DNA of 64,000 nucleotides from positions 352,001 through 416,000 of the forward strand of contig CAVSGP010000009.1 of the NCBI GenBank assembly GCA_963727505.1, given 5' to 3'. The notes under the pieces are model-generated. The model did no database searches. It worked only from the letters and a program-made list of their open reading frames with translations, and was not told where the DNA came from. Position 1 is the stretch's first letter, and each line of letters starts with the position of its first letter. This document shows, one piece after another, positions 10,203-19,349 of this stretch. This stretch comes from an uncultured Trueperaceae bacterium. Its GTDB lineage: Bacteria > Deinococcota > Deinococci > Deinococcales > Trueperaceae. A program made the translations under genes and the position numbers.

Positions 10203-10841
10203 TCAGCCTCCGTTCCGCATAGCGATGCAACGGCTCACGTAGCTCGCCAGCACGTCGAGCGCGACGCGGTTGCGGCCGCCCTCGGGGACGATCAGATCGG
10301 CGTGCTGCTTGGTCGGTTCGACGAACAGGTCGTGCATGGGCTTGACGGTGCGACGGTACTGGGCGATGACGCTCTCGGCCCGACGGCCCCGCTCGCGCAC
10401 GTCGCGTTCGAGGCGCCGGATGAAGCGCTCGTCCGGCGGCGCGTCGACGAAGACCTTGAGGGTGAAGCGTTCACGCAGCGTCGGTTCGTGAAGCACGAGG
10501 ATCCCCTCGACCACGAGCACCGGCGTGGGCAGCAGCGTCACGGTCTCGAGGGAGCGATCGTCACGTTCGAAATCGTACACGGGGCGTTCGACGGGCCGCC
10601 CCTGCACCAGCGCGTCCACGTGTTCCACCAGCAGGTCGTTGTCGAAGGCGGTGGGCTCGTCGTAGTTGATCATGGCCCGCGCAGCAGGCGGGATGTTGGC
10701 CTGCGCAAGGTAGTAGGCGTCCTGCGGCAGGATGGTCACGTTACCGGCCCCGGCGGCATCGACGATGGCTTCGGCGACCGTCGTCTTGCCCGACCCGGTG
10801 CCGCCCGCCAGTCCGATCACGAGCGGCTTTGTGTGCTGCAC
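10203..10841 (-). CDS. udk: Uridine kinase
   Basis: GLAGGTGSGKTT, QDAYY, VEGIL, RRLERDVRERGR, VKPMH..FVEPTK. Confidence 0.95.
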   Translation of the reverse strand: MQHTKPLVIGLAGGTGSGKTTVAEAIVDAAGAGNVTILPQDAYYLAQANIPPAARAMINYDEPTAFDNDLLVEHVDALVQGRPVERPVYDFERDDRSLETVTLLPTPVLVVEGILVLHEPTLRERFTLKVFVDAPPDERFIRRLERDVRERGRRAESVIAQYRRTVKPMHDLFVEPTKQHADLIVPEGGRNRVALDVLASYVSRCIAMRNGG

Positions 10842-10858
10842 TCAGCCGGCCCTCCGGC

Positions 10859-12547
10859 TCATCGCGAGGCCTCGCCCGGTACCGGCGAGGGAACGGCGAC
10901 CGACGCCTCCCTGCGTTGGTCGGCCCGCTCGGCCGCAGCATGGATGAAACCGCTGAAGGGAGGGCTGGGCCGCATCAGGCGGGAGCGGAACTCGGGGTGC
11001 GACTGCACGCCCAGGAAGAAGGGATGGCCCTCGATCTCGACCGCTTCCACCAGCCCCTCGCCGCGCCCGGCCATGCCGGGGGTGATGCCGGACACGGTCA
11101 GACCCGCGCCCTTCAAACGATCGACGTAGGCCGGGTTGACCTCGAAGCGGTGCCGGTGGCGCTCGAAGACGACGCCGTGACTCGCGGGCGCCGGATCGTA
11201 CAGCGCGCCCAGCAGCGTGCCCGCGCCGACCTGCATGGGCCAGCTTCCGAGCCGCATGGTGCCGCCCATGTCCGCCACCTCGAGTTGCTCGGGCATCAGG
11301 TCGATGACGGGGTGCGGCGTGTAGGGATCGAACTCGGTGGAGTTGGCGGCCTCGAGCCCGGCGACGTGACGGGCGTATTCGATCACAGCCACTTGCATCC
11401 CGAGGCAGATTCCCAGGTAGGGGACATGATGCTCGCGCGCCACCTGCGCAGCACGGACCTTGCCCTCGATGCCGCGCACCCCGAAGCCCCCCGGCACGAG
11501 GATGCCGTCGAAGTCCTTGAGGGGCGTGAGGTCGGCATCCACCAGCGCCTCGGCGTTCACCCACTCGATGGTGACGCGGGCGTCGTTTGCGATCCCGGCG
11601 TGCTTCAGCGCCTCCATCAGACTCAGGTAGGCGTCTGGCATGGCCACATACTTTCCGACCACGGCGATCGCCACCTCGTGTGCCGGCTGGCGCAGCACCC
11701 GCACCGCTTCCTGCCACACGCGCAACTCGGGGGTGACGCGCTCGAGGACGAGCATGCGCTCGACGAAGCGGCCGATGTTCTGCTGCTCGAGCATCTCCGG
11801 CACCGCGTAGACGAAGTCCGCGTCGAAAGCGTTGAAGACGGCATCGGCCTCGACGTTGGTGAACAGCGCGATCTTGCGTCGCGCCTCCTCCGGGACCGGC
11901 GTCTTGGAGCGCAGGATGATGCCGTCCGGCTGGATCCCGACGCCGCGCAGGGTAGCAACGGAGTGCTGGGTGGGCTTCGTCTTGTACTCCTCGCTGGTGC
12001 CGAGGTAGGGAAGCAGCGTGACATGCAGATAGAGCGTGTTCTCGCGTCCCATCTCGAAGCGGAGTTGACGGATGGCTTCCAGGAAGGGCAACGACTCGAT
12101 ATCGCCGACCGTCCCACCGACCTCGACGAGCACGAGCTCGGCTCCCACCCGCTCGCCGGCGTCGATGATGCGCTGCTTGATCTCGTCGGTGACGTGCGGG
12201 ATGACCTGTACGGTCTGCGACAGGTACGCGCCGCGGCGCTCCTTCTCGATCACCGTCTGGTAGACCTGCCCGGTGGTGATGTTGTTCCCGCGCGACAGGT
12301 CGACGTCCAGGAACCGTTCGTAGGTACCGATATCCAGGTCGGTCTCGGCCCCATCGTCGGTGACGAAGACCTCACCGTGCTCGTAGGGGCGCATCGTGCC
12401 GGCGTCCACGTTGATGTAGGGATCGATCTTGACGGCGGTGACAGCGTAGCCGCGCGCGCGCAGCAGGGCCCCGATGCTCGAGGTGGCGATGCCCTTGCCG
12501 AGGCTCGACACCACCCCCCCCGTGACGAAGATGTACTTGCGCTCCAT
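10859..12547 (-). CDS. pyrG: CTP synthase
   Basis: KYIFVTGGVVSSLGKG, KTKPTQHSV, GICLGMQ, ERHRHRFEVN, QSHPEF. Confidence 0.98.
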   Translation of the reverse strand: MERKYIFVTGGVVSSLGKGIATSSIGALLRARGYAVTAVKIDPYINVDAGTMRPYEHGEVFVTDDGAETDLDIGTYERFLDVDLSRGNNITTGQVYQTVIEKERRGAYLSQTVQVIPHVTDEIKQRIIDAGERVGAELVLVEVGGTVGDIESLPFLEAIRQLRFEMGRENTLYLHVTLLPYLGTSEEYKTKPTQHSVATLRGVGIQPDGIILRSKTPVPEEARRKIALFTNVEADAVFNAFDADFVYAVPEMLEQQNIGRFVERMLVLERVTPELRVWQEAVRVLRQPAHEVAIAVVGKYVAMPDAYLSLMEALKHAGIANDARVTIEWVNAEALVDADLTPLKDFDGILVPGGFGVRGIEGKVRAAQVAREHHVPYLGICLGMQVAVIEYARHVAGLEAANSTEFDPYTPHPVIDLMPEQLEVADMGGTMRLGSWPMQVGAGTLLGALYDPAPASHGVVFERHRHRFEVNPAYVDRLKGAGLTVSGITPGMAGRGEGLVEAVEIEGHPFFLGVQSHPEFRSRLMRPSPPFSGFIHAAAERADQRREASVAVPSPVPGEASR

Positions 12548-12641
12548 GCCTCACCTTCCCGGGATTCCATGGTACCACCCGCCTGTCCGCCGACCGGGGT
12601 CGGCGCAGGGCGGCGGCCGCGTCGGATGATACACTCCGCGC

Positions 12642-12695
12642 GGGTGATGGCGTTCACCCTATGAACCGCCCCGCGTTCGGCTGATGACGCCTATC
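12642..12695 (+). ncRNA. Fluoride (crcB) riboswitch
   Basis: GGGTGATGGCGTTCACCC...AACCGC...GCTGATGACGCCTA fits the GGnGATGGnGTTCnCC...CTGATGACnCCTA pseudoknot pattern; directly upstream of crcB; extended -10 TGaTACACT at 12627-12635. Confidence 0.93.
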
Positions 12696-12722
12696 CCCAC
12701 TCCAGGAACGCCAGGAGTCGTC

Positions 12723-13115
12723 ATGCTCATCCTCGGAGTCATGCTGGGAGGCGCCCTCGGTGCGCTCTCACGCTATCTGTTCACCAACGTCGTGCAGGGG
12801 GCCCTGCAGGGCGGCAGCTACGCCGGATTCCCGCTGGCCACGCTGCTGGTCAACGTCGTCGGATCCTTCCTGCTCGCCTTCGTGACCGAGCTAGGCTTGC
12901 GCGGGCTGGTCTCGCCGGCCGCGCGCGTCGCGGTCGGGACCGGCTTCCTGGGTGCGCTCACCACCTTCTCGACCTTCGAGCTGGAGAGCCAGTTGCTGGT
13001 GCGCGAGGGCGAACTCATGCGCGCGAGCGCCTACGTGCTGGGCAACCTGGCGGTTGGCTACCTGGCCATCCTCGCCGGCCGCGCGGCGGCCCTGCGCCTC
13101 GCGGGGGCGCCATGA
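12723..13115 (+). CDS. crcB: Fluoride efflux channel Fluc/CrcB
   Basis: GGALGALSRY, FPLATLLVNVVGSFLL, GFLGALTTFSTF; SD AGGAG. Confidence 0.95.
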   Translation: MLILGVMLGGALGALSRYLFTNVVQGALQGGSYAGFPLATLLVNVVGSFLLAFVTELGLRGLVSPAARVAVGTGFLGALTTFSTFELESQLLVREGELMRASAYVLGNLAVGYLAILAGRAAALRLAGAP

Positions 13116-13480
13116 GTAGCGGGGGGACGAAGTCGCGCGGCGACGCCGCGCTGCTGCGCGTCTATTTCGGCGAGAGCGACCGCGTGTCCGGGCGTCCGGC
13201 CTCGGAGGCCCTGATGGCCGCGGCGCACGCTGGCGGCCTGGCCGGCGCCACCCTGTTCCGCGGCAGCCTGGGGTTCGGCGCCAACTCGGTGGTCCACCAA
13301 CCCCAGCCGTTCCGGCTGTCGGGCGACCTTCCCATGGTGCTGGAGGTCGTCGACGAGCGCGAGCGCGTCGATGCGTTCGTAGCCTCCCTCGAAGGCCTGC
13401 TGACCGGCGGGGGGTTGGTGACGGTCGAGCGCGTGGCCGTGTTGCGTGGGGGCGGTCAGGACGAAGGCCCTACGGCATGA
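13112..13480 (+). CDS. DUF190 (PII-like) protein, copy 1
   Basis: LLRVYFGESDR, GLAGATLFRGSLGFG, LSGDLPMVLEVVD, GLVTVERV. Confidence 0.88.
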   Translation: MSSGGTKSRGDAALLRVYFGESDRVSGRPASEALMAAAHAGGLAGATLFRGSLGFGANSVVHQPQPFRLSGDLPMVLEVVDERERVDAFVASLEGLLTGGGLVTVERVAVLRGGGQDEGPTA

Positions 13481-13851
13481 AGGTGCTGCACCGGGCCGGC
13501 CTGGAAGGCGCTTGCCTGCTGCGCGTCTACACGCTGGCGGGCGACAAGGTGGGGAAGGTGAGTTTCGCAGAAGCGCTGGTGCGCGCCGCTCGACGGCGGG
13601 GCTTGCGTGGCGCGACGGTGCTACCCGGCCTGGGCGGTTTCGGGCGCCACGGTCTCGACCACCCCCTGTCGGTGCAGCTCTACCGGCCGGAGCGACAACC
13701 GATGGTGGTCGAGCTCGTGGACGAACCGGAGCGGCTGCGCCATTTCGTGGAGAACGAGGTCGCGCAGCTCGATCGCTGGGGTCGCCTGGCGACGCTGGAG
13801 CGGCTTCATCTGCACGCCTACCACGCCACGCCGGACGCGCCGCAGGACTAG
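13477..13851 (+). CDS. DUF190 (PII-like) protein, copy 2 (divergent)
   Basis: LLRVYTLAGDK, GLRGATVLPGLGGFG, PMVVELVDE, LATLERL; ATGA overlap with copy 1. Confidence 0.8.
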   Translation: MKVLHRAGLEGACLLRVYTLAGDKVGKVSFAEALVRAARRRGLRGATVLPGLGGFGRHGLDHPLSVQLYRPERQPMVVELVDEPERLRHFVENEVAQLDRWGRLATLERLHLHAYHATPDAPQD

Positions 13852-13993
13852 TCGCTGGCCGCGGGGGTCGTGGTAGAGTCGCGTCCAGCCCGACGCGGCG
13901 GGTCCTACGGGGACCGTGCCGGGACGCCGCGTCGCACGGTTGGACCCGCCCGTGCCCGGCAGCACCGCACACCTCGAGGGAGCGCGACGAACG

Positions 13994-14635
13994 GTGGAAG
14001 AGCAGTCTCGAAGGAAGGGCATCCTGTTCGTCATGACGGGCGCCTCGGGCGTGGGGAAGGACACCATCCGGCGGGCCGCGCTGCCGAGGATCCCCAACCT
14101 CAGCTACTCGATCTCCGCCACCACGCGCGGGCGGCGCCAGGGCGAGGTGCACGGCGAGCAGTACTTCTTCTATGACCGCGATACCTTCGAGGACATGATC
14201 GCTCGCGACGACCTCCTGGAGCACGCCGACTACGTGGGCGATTACTACGGCACGCCTGCCGGGCCGGTGCGCCAGACCCTGGCGGACGGGTGCGACGTGC
14301 TGCTCGAGTTGGAGCTGGTCGGTGCCCGAAAGGTCAAGCGCAAGGTGCCGGAGGCGGTGATGGTGTTCATCGCGCCACCGTCGTTGTACGAGCTCGAGCG
14401 CCGCTTGCGCGGGCGCGGCACCGACAGCGAGGAGAAGATCCAGAAGCGCCTCCGGCGTGCCCGCGAGGAGATCCGTGCCGTGCGCGAGTTCGATTACGCC
14501 GTCGTCAACGACGAGCTCGAGGACGCCGTCCGGCTGTTCGGCAACATCATCGAGGCGGAGCGTGCCCGCGCCGCCCATCTGACCGAACGCGAGGTCGAGG
14601 CCTTCCTGCGGGAGACCGCGGCAGGGTCCGGCTGA
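13994..14635 (+). CDS. gmk: Guanylate kinase
   Basis: TGASGVGKDT, SISATTR, YYGTP, LERRLRGRGTDSEE; exact start uncertain. Confidence 0.95.
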   Translation: MEEQSRRKGILFVMTGASGVGKDTIRRAALPRIPNLSYSISATTRGRRQGEVHGEQYFFYDRDTFEDMIARDDLLEHADYVGDYYGTPAGPVRQTLADGCDVLLELELVGARKVKRKVPEAVMVFIAPPSLYELERRLRGRGTDSEEKIQKRLRRAREEIRAVREFDYAVVNDELEDAVRLFGNIIEAERARAAHLTEREVEAFLRETAAGSG

Positions 14636-14690
14636 CGGCGGCACCCGTCAGCGAGGGCGTATCCAAGCGCGTCGCGCTGCCTCCCGACGC

Positions 14691-14730
14691 ACGGGAGCGC
14701 ACGCTCGGGAGCGCTCCCGTCGTGTAGAAT
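14691..14730 (+). promoter_or_regulatory. Hairpin after gmk followed by a -10 box for rpoZ-coaBC
   Basis: ACGGGAGCGC...GCGCTCCCGT inverted repeat (14691-14720); TAGAAT at 14725-14730. Confidence 0.5.
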
Positions 14731-14836
14731 CACCTGTTCGCAGGTCGCCCCCCAACCGGGTGAGGCGACCCGGTCTCGAAGACGTTCGCCCCGCCGGGGC
14801 GGCGCGAGCGGGCTGCGGCCCGCGAAGGAGGATCCG

Positions 14837-15136
14837 GTGGCCCAGGAAGGCTACGACACCCTGATGGCGCTGACCGACTCGCGGTACCGGCTGTCGATGA
14901 TCGTCGCGCGGCGCGCGGCGCAACTCAAGGCTGGTATCCCGACGACGCTCGTAGGCGACGCTGCGCCACGCACCACCAACACCGTCAGCATCGCCATGAA
15001 GGAGCTCGAGTCGACCAGCGACATCGTGTGGGGCGACGAGCTGCCCAGCGCCGACGAGCTGCGGAGGCTGGTGGAGCGACGCCCGGAGGAACCGAGCTTC
15101 GGTGTCGTCCGCCCCGAGCCGCCCGACGAGGACTAG
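14837..15136 (+). CDS. rpoZ: RNA polymerase omega subunit
   Basis: LTDSRYRLSMIVARRAAQL, VSIAMKEL (Thermus/Deinococcus type); gmk-rpoZ-coaBC synteny. Confidence 0.93.
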   Translation: MAQEGYDTLMALTDSRYRLSMIVARRAAQLKAGIPTTLVGDAAPRTTNTVSIAMKELESTSDIVWGDELPSADELRRLVERRPEEPSFGVVRPEPPDED

Positions 15137-16334
15137 GCCCCGCCTCATCGTCGCCGCGAGCGGCGGCGTGGCGGCCATCAAGACGCCGACGCTGGTACGT
15201 CGCTTGCGCCAGGCGGGCTGTGAGGTGCGGGTGGCGGCCACGCCCGATGCCTACGCCTTCGTGACGCCGCTCTCCCTGGCGGTCGCCGCGGGGGGCGAGG
15301 TCTTCGATCGGGAACGCTGGTTCGCGGCCGACGGGCGCGTGCGCCACCTGGAGTGGGCGCGCTGGGCCGAGGGTCTGGTGGTCGCCCCGGCCACCGCCGA
15401 TGCGCTCGCGAGCGCCGCCGCGGGGCGGGCACACGACGTCATCTCGGCTCTCATCACGGCGGGCGTGCCGCGGGTGTTGTGGGCGCCCGCCATGAACCCG
15501 GCCATGTGGGGGCATCGGCCCGTGCAACGCAACGTCGAGACACTCGCCGGACTGGGGCACGCCTTCGTGGGTCCGGTCGAGGGGCCCCTGGCAGGGGCCG
15601 AGGAGGGCGAGGGTCTGGGGCGCATGGCCGAGCCGGACGCCATCGTCGCCGCCGCGCTGGGGGTCCCCTTCGACCAGGACCTGGCGGGCGTGCGCGTGCT
15701 CGTGTCCGCCGGACCGACGCGCGAGTATCTCGATCCGGTGCGCTTCCTGAGCAACCCCTCGAGTGGGAAGACGGGCTACGCGCTGGCCGAGGCCGCGCGG
15801 GCGCGCGGAGCGGAGGTAACGCTGGTGACCGGCCCCACCGACCTGCCGGACCCGCTGGGCGTGCGCGTGGAGCATGTGGTGGACGCGGACGGCATGCTCG
15901 CAGCGCTGACCGACCGCTTCGACGACAGCGACCTCCTGATCATGAGCGCCGCGGTCGGTGACTGGCGTCCCGCCGAGCGCTCGGACCGCAAGGAGCCCAA
16001 GACCGGGGGAGAGCGCTCGCTGCGCCTGGTGCGCACGCCGGACATCCTGGCGTCGCTGGCCGAGCGCCGCCGACGCCAGGTGGTCATCGGGTTCGCCATG
16101 GAGACCCACGAAGGGGTCGAGCGCGCCGCCCGCAAGGCGCGCGAGAAGGGGCTCGAGCTCATCGCGCTCAACTATCCCGCGCGCGAGGGCATCGGCTTCG
16201 GCGCCGAGGAGAACGAGGTCACCCTGGTGCAGGCAGACGGCACCTCGGAGGTCTGGGAACGCATGTCGAAGCGCGACCTGGCCGACGCCTTGCTGGATCG
16301 CGCCGCAGCGCTCCTGGCCGAGCGCGTGGAGTAG
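15102..16334 (+). CDS. coaBC: Bifunctional phosphopantothenoylcysteine decarboxylase/synthase
   Basis: VAPATAD, APAMNPAMW, SAGPTREYLDPVRFLSNPSSGKTG, AAVGDWRP, GFAMET. Confidence 0.95.
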   Translation: MSSAPSRPTRTRPRLIVAASGGVAAIKTPTLVRRLRQAGCEVRVAATPDAYAFVTPLSLAVAAGGEVFDRERWFAADGRVRHLEWARWAEGLVVAPATADALASAAAGRAHDVISALITAGVPRVLWAPAMNPAMWGHRPVQRNVETLAGLGHAFVGPVEGPLAGAEEGEGLGRMAEPDAIVAAALGVPFDQDLAGVRVLVSAGPTREYLDPVRFLSNPSSGKTGYALAEAARARGAEVTLVTGPTDLPDPLGVRVEHVVDADGMLAALTDRFDDSDLLIMSAAVGDWRPAERSDRKEPKTGGERSLRLVRTPDILASLAERRRRQVVIGFAMETHEGVERAARKAREKGLELIALNYPAREGIGFGAEENEVTLVQADGTSEVWERMSKRDLADALLDRAAALLAERVE

Positions 16335-16360
16335 GCCACGCGGGCGGCGATGGCGCCATG

Positions 16361-16381
16361 TATACTGAATAAATATGCCGA
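16361..16381 (+). promoter_or_regulatory. -10 box with an overlapping ARG-box-like operator at the argR start
   Basis: TATACT followed by TGAATAAATATGC, resembling the TGAAT-n4-ATKCA ARG box; an AT-rich patch in GC-rich DNA. Confidence 0.6.
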
Positions 16382-16833
16382 GTAAAGAGTACCGACAACG
16401 GCTGATCGCGGAGCTGGTCGAGAACGAGTTCATCTCGACGCAGGCCGAGATCGCCGAGCATCTGGCCAAGCGTGGGATCAAGGTCACGCAGGCCACGATC
16501 AGCCGTGACGTCAACGAGCTCAGGCTGGTGCGGCTGCCTGCGGGCAACGGCCAGCACCGCTACCGTTCGACGCCGCTCACCGCCCAGGAGGACGTCGTGG
16601 GCGAGCTGAGCCAGCGCTTCCGGCTGTTCGTGCGCGACCTCGATCGGGGCGAGAACATCCTGGTGATCACCACCGACGAGGGTCATGCCTCGGGGATCGC
16701 CTTCGTGATCGACAAGCTGGACCGTGACGAGATCGTCGGGACGCTCGCCGGGCAGAACACCATCCTGGTGATCGCTCGCAGCAAGGAGCGTGCCATCGAT
16801 CTGCTCGAGGAATTCGAAGCCCTGTTGGAGTGA
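16375..16833 (+). CDS. argR: Arginine repressor
   Basis: TQAEI...VTQATISRDVNEL, EIVGTLAG. Confidence 0.93.
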   Translation: MPSKEYRQRLIAELVENEFISTQAEIAEHLAKRGIKVTQATISRDVNELRLVRLPAGNGQHRYRSTPLTAQEDVVGELSQRFRLFVRDLDRGENILVITTDEGHASGIAFVIDKLDRDEIVGTLAGQNTILVIARSKERAIDLLEEFEALLE

Positions 16834-16928
16834 CGCTGCGGGCCCGGCCCCGCGGCTGCCGAACGGACCTCCGAACGTCACGGAGCCCGGCGCACGCGTG
16901 CTAGCCTGAGCGCCCATAGGAGGCCCGC

Positions 16929-19226
16929 ATGCGCAGGTGGTTGCTCGTCCTCTTGATCCTGTTCTCGAGCGCCGGCGCGATGGCGTCGAGCGTCGTCGTG
17001 TACCCCTTCGACAGCCAGGACACGCTGCTGGGCGTCGCTGTGGCGGACCGCGTGGCGGCCGCCTTCGAGGGCCGTGCCACGGTCGTCGGTCCCGACGTGG
17101 CGCCGGGACTCCTGCCCCCGTTGGTCGCCCAGGGCGGCTTCGTCAATCTGGTCACGCTCATCGGCCCCAACGCCATGACCGGTCCTAGCGGCGCTGCCCT
17201 GATCCGTGGGGCGACCGGCGCGGACGTTGCTGTCACGGGCAGCATCGCCATCACCGATCAGGGGTACGAGCTGTCGCTCGAGATCGCCTCGTCGTCGGGC
17301 TCCCGCCGGGTCAGCATCGACGCTCCCAAGGACGCACCCGGGCTCCTCGCCCGGGAAGCCGCGGGCTCGGTCGCGCTGGCGCTCGGCGTCGACGTGCCGA
17401 AGGTCGACACGACCCTCGACCTGTCCGGCGATTTCGGCCAGTACGTGCGCGCGCTTACGCTGGTGTCCGCGGGGCTGCCACAGGACGCCAGCAACCTGCT
17501 GTCGCAACTGGCCCGGCAGGGACCCCTGACGGCACGGGCGCAGCGCCTCGCCGATGATCTCGATGCCCTGCTCGGAAACGGCTCCGGCAAGGACCCCCTT
17601 CGCATGGCGGTCGCTTCGCTGAGCGTGTCGCAGCTCGACGAGGCACGCAGTGTGGACCTGTTCCAGAAGGCGCTCGCAGCCACCGGTCTGCCTGTGGCGC
17701 AGGTGTGGATCGGCGCGCTCGACAGCAACGTCAACGACAAACAGGGCGCGACGGCGGCGTTCGACGGGGCCGCGCAACGCTACCCCTTCGGCCAGGCCGC
17801 CCGTGCGGCCTACCGCAACGATCGCGGGATCGACGGGGCGGCGGCCGATGTCGACGCCGTGCTGGCGAGAACCGCGAACGGCGGAGCGGAGCCCGCCTCG
17901 CTGCTGGCCGCGTCCGTGGTCGCCCAGCAGGCGAAGCTGGTCGAACGCGAGAAGCATGCGCTCCAGGCGTTGAGTCACGCGGCCCCCTACCTCCCCTACA
18001 GCTTCGAGCGGCTGTCCTATATCGCGTTCGACCAGGACCAGCCCCTGGCCGCGGCGGAGGCGCTCCGGGTGGCGGTCGATCTCGACCCCGGGAACGCGCT
18101 GTACTGGACCAACCTCGGTTGGTCGTACTATCTGCTCGGCTTCTTCGACCGCAGCCGCCAGGCGTCTCAGAAGGCGCTCGGCCTCGACGCCAGCCAGTCG
18201 ATCGCGGCGTACAACCTTGGGCTCGTGGAGGTCGCCACGGGCCACCTCGAAGCGGGCCTGTCGGACTACACGACCGCCCTGCGTGTGGACCCGAAGGTGG
18301 ACCAGGAGGCGATCCACGACCTCGAGCGCGCCCGCGCCCGGTTCCCCGACCAGCCGGACGTCCACTTCGCCCTGGCACGCCTCTACGAAGCGGACGGCCA
18401 GCGAGTGGAGGCGCGCCGGGCCTACCAGGCCTACCTCGACGCCACGACCGCAGGCGCTCCGCTCCGTTCCGAGGCGGAGCACCGGGTGACGGTCCTCAGC
18501 GCCCCGCCCCCGCCCATGGAGCTGAACGGGGCGGTGAAGCTCACGCTCGGCCTACGGGGCTCCGAGGCATCGCCCTACCACCCCGGTGACTCGGTCTACC
18601 CGAGCTTCGAGCTCAGCACGTCCGGCGACGCTCTTCCCCGGCAGGTGAACGTGCGCTACCGGCTGCTCGGGGGGGACGGCGCCGCCCTGACGACGGTCGC
18701 CGAGCAGGTCAGCATCCCACGCAACGCGGTGGGGTTCGTGGTCGACGGTCTGGCGCTGACGCTGCCGAGCGACTTGAGCGCGGGCACCTTCGGGCTGGAG
18801 ATCGAGGCAACGTCGGCCGACGGTAGGAGTGTGACGGCGGAGTCCGAGATCGAGGTGGCCGGCGGTCCGGTGGTGTTGCGTCAGCTCGTCGGTCGTGGCG
18901 TCGGCATGACGTCGCTCGATACCGGCGCCGCGCTGTACGGGGGGGCCGACCTGAGCCACCCCGGTGTGTTGACGGATATCCTCGTGCAGGAGCTGCGGGC
19001 GACCGCCAACGAGGCCGAGCAGGCGCTCCCGAAGGCGACGGTTGGACGGTTCAAGGGACTGTCCGGATCCCAGGTCTTCCAGAAGAGCACGGCCCAGGAC
19101 GTGGCCGACTTCCTGCACTACCTGCTGGCATCGGGCGCCCACGATACCTCGTTCACTTTCGTGGACGCGTACGCACAGTGGGTGCTTGACGGAACACCGT
19201 CCGAGCCCAAGCCGAGTGCGCAATAG
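16929..19226 (+). CDS. Large exported TPR-containing protein of unknown function
   Basis: Signal peptide (AMA-S); TPRs such as YWTNLGWSYYLLG and VHFALARLYEADG; beta-rich C-terminal region; SD AGGAGG. Confidence 0.8.
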   Translation: MRRWLLVLLILFSSAGAMASSVVVYPFDSQDTLLGVAVADRVAAAFEGRATVVGPDVAPGLLPPLVAQGGFVNLVTLIGPNAMTGPSGAALIRGATGADVAVTGSIAITDQGYELSLEIASSSGSRRVSIDAPKDAPGLLAREAAGSVALALGVDVPKVDTTLDLSGDFGQYVRALTLVSAGLPQDASNLLSQLARQGPLTARAQRLADDLDALLGNGSGKDPLRMAVASLSVSQLDEARSVDLFQKALAATGLPVAQVWIGALDSNVNDKQGATAAFDGAAQRYPFGQAARAAYRNDRGIDGAAADVDAVLARTANGGAEPASLLAASVVAQQAKLVEREKHALQALSHAAPYLPYSFERLSYIAFDQDQPLAAAEALRVAVDLDPGNALYWTNLGWSYYLLGFFDRSRQASQKALGLDASQSIAAYNLGLVEVATGHLEAGLSDYTTALRVDPKVDQEAIHDLERARARFPDQPDVHFALARLYEADGQRVEARRAYQAYLDATTAGAPLRSEAEHRVTVLSAPPPPMELNGAVKLTLGLRGSEASPYHPGDSVYPSFELSTSGDALPRQVNVRYRLLGGDGAALTTVAEQVSIPRNAVGFVVDGLALTLPSDLSAGTFGLEIEATSADGRSVTAESEIEVAGGPVVLRQLVGRGVGMTSLDTGAALYGGADLSHPGVLTDILVQELRATANEAEQALPKATVGRFKGLSGSQVFQKSTAQDVADFLHYLLASGAHDTSFTFVDAYAQWVLDGTPSEPKPSAQ

Positions 19227-19279
19227 CGGCGCAGTAGGTGTGCTGTAGCAGCCCTGCAGCCGCGCGGACGCGACGCGAA

Positions 19280-19311
19280 CGGGCAGCTTCCCCGGCCGGG
19301 GAAGCTGCCCG
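19280..19311. terminator. 32-bp perfect palindrome between convergent genes
   Basis: CGGGCAGCTTCCCCGG|CCGGGGAAGCTGCCCG. Confidence 0.7.
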
Positions 19312-19349
19312 CGATGGTGCAACGCCGGTAGAGTCCGGCACCCGGACGT

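Noticed and set aside
14735..14830. Structured region before rpoZ as SRP (4.5S) or 6S RNA
   Set aside because: It lacks the SRP domain IV motif (CAGG...GGAA...AGCAG) and is more simply a GC-rich 5' leader.
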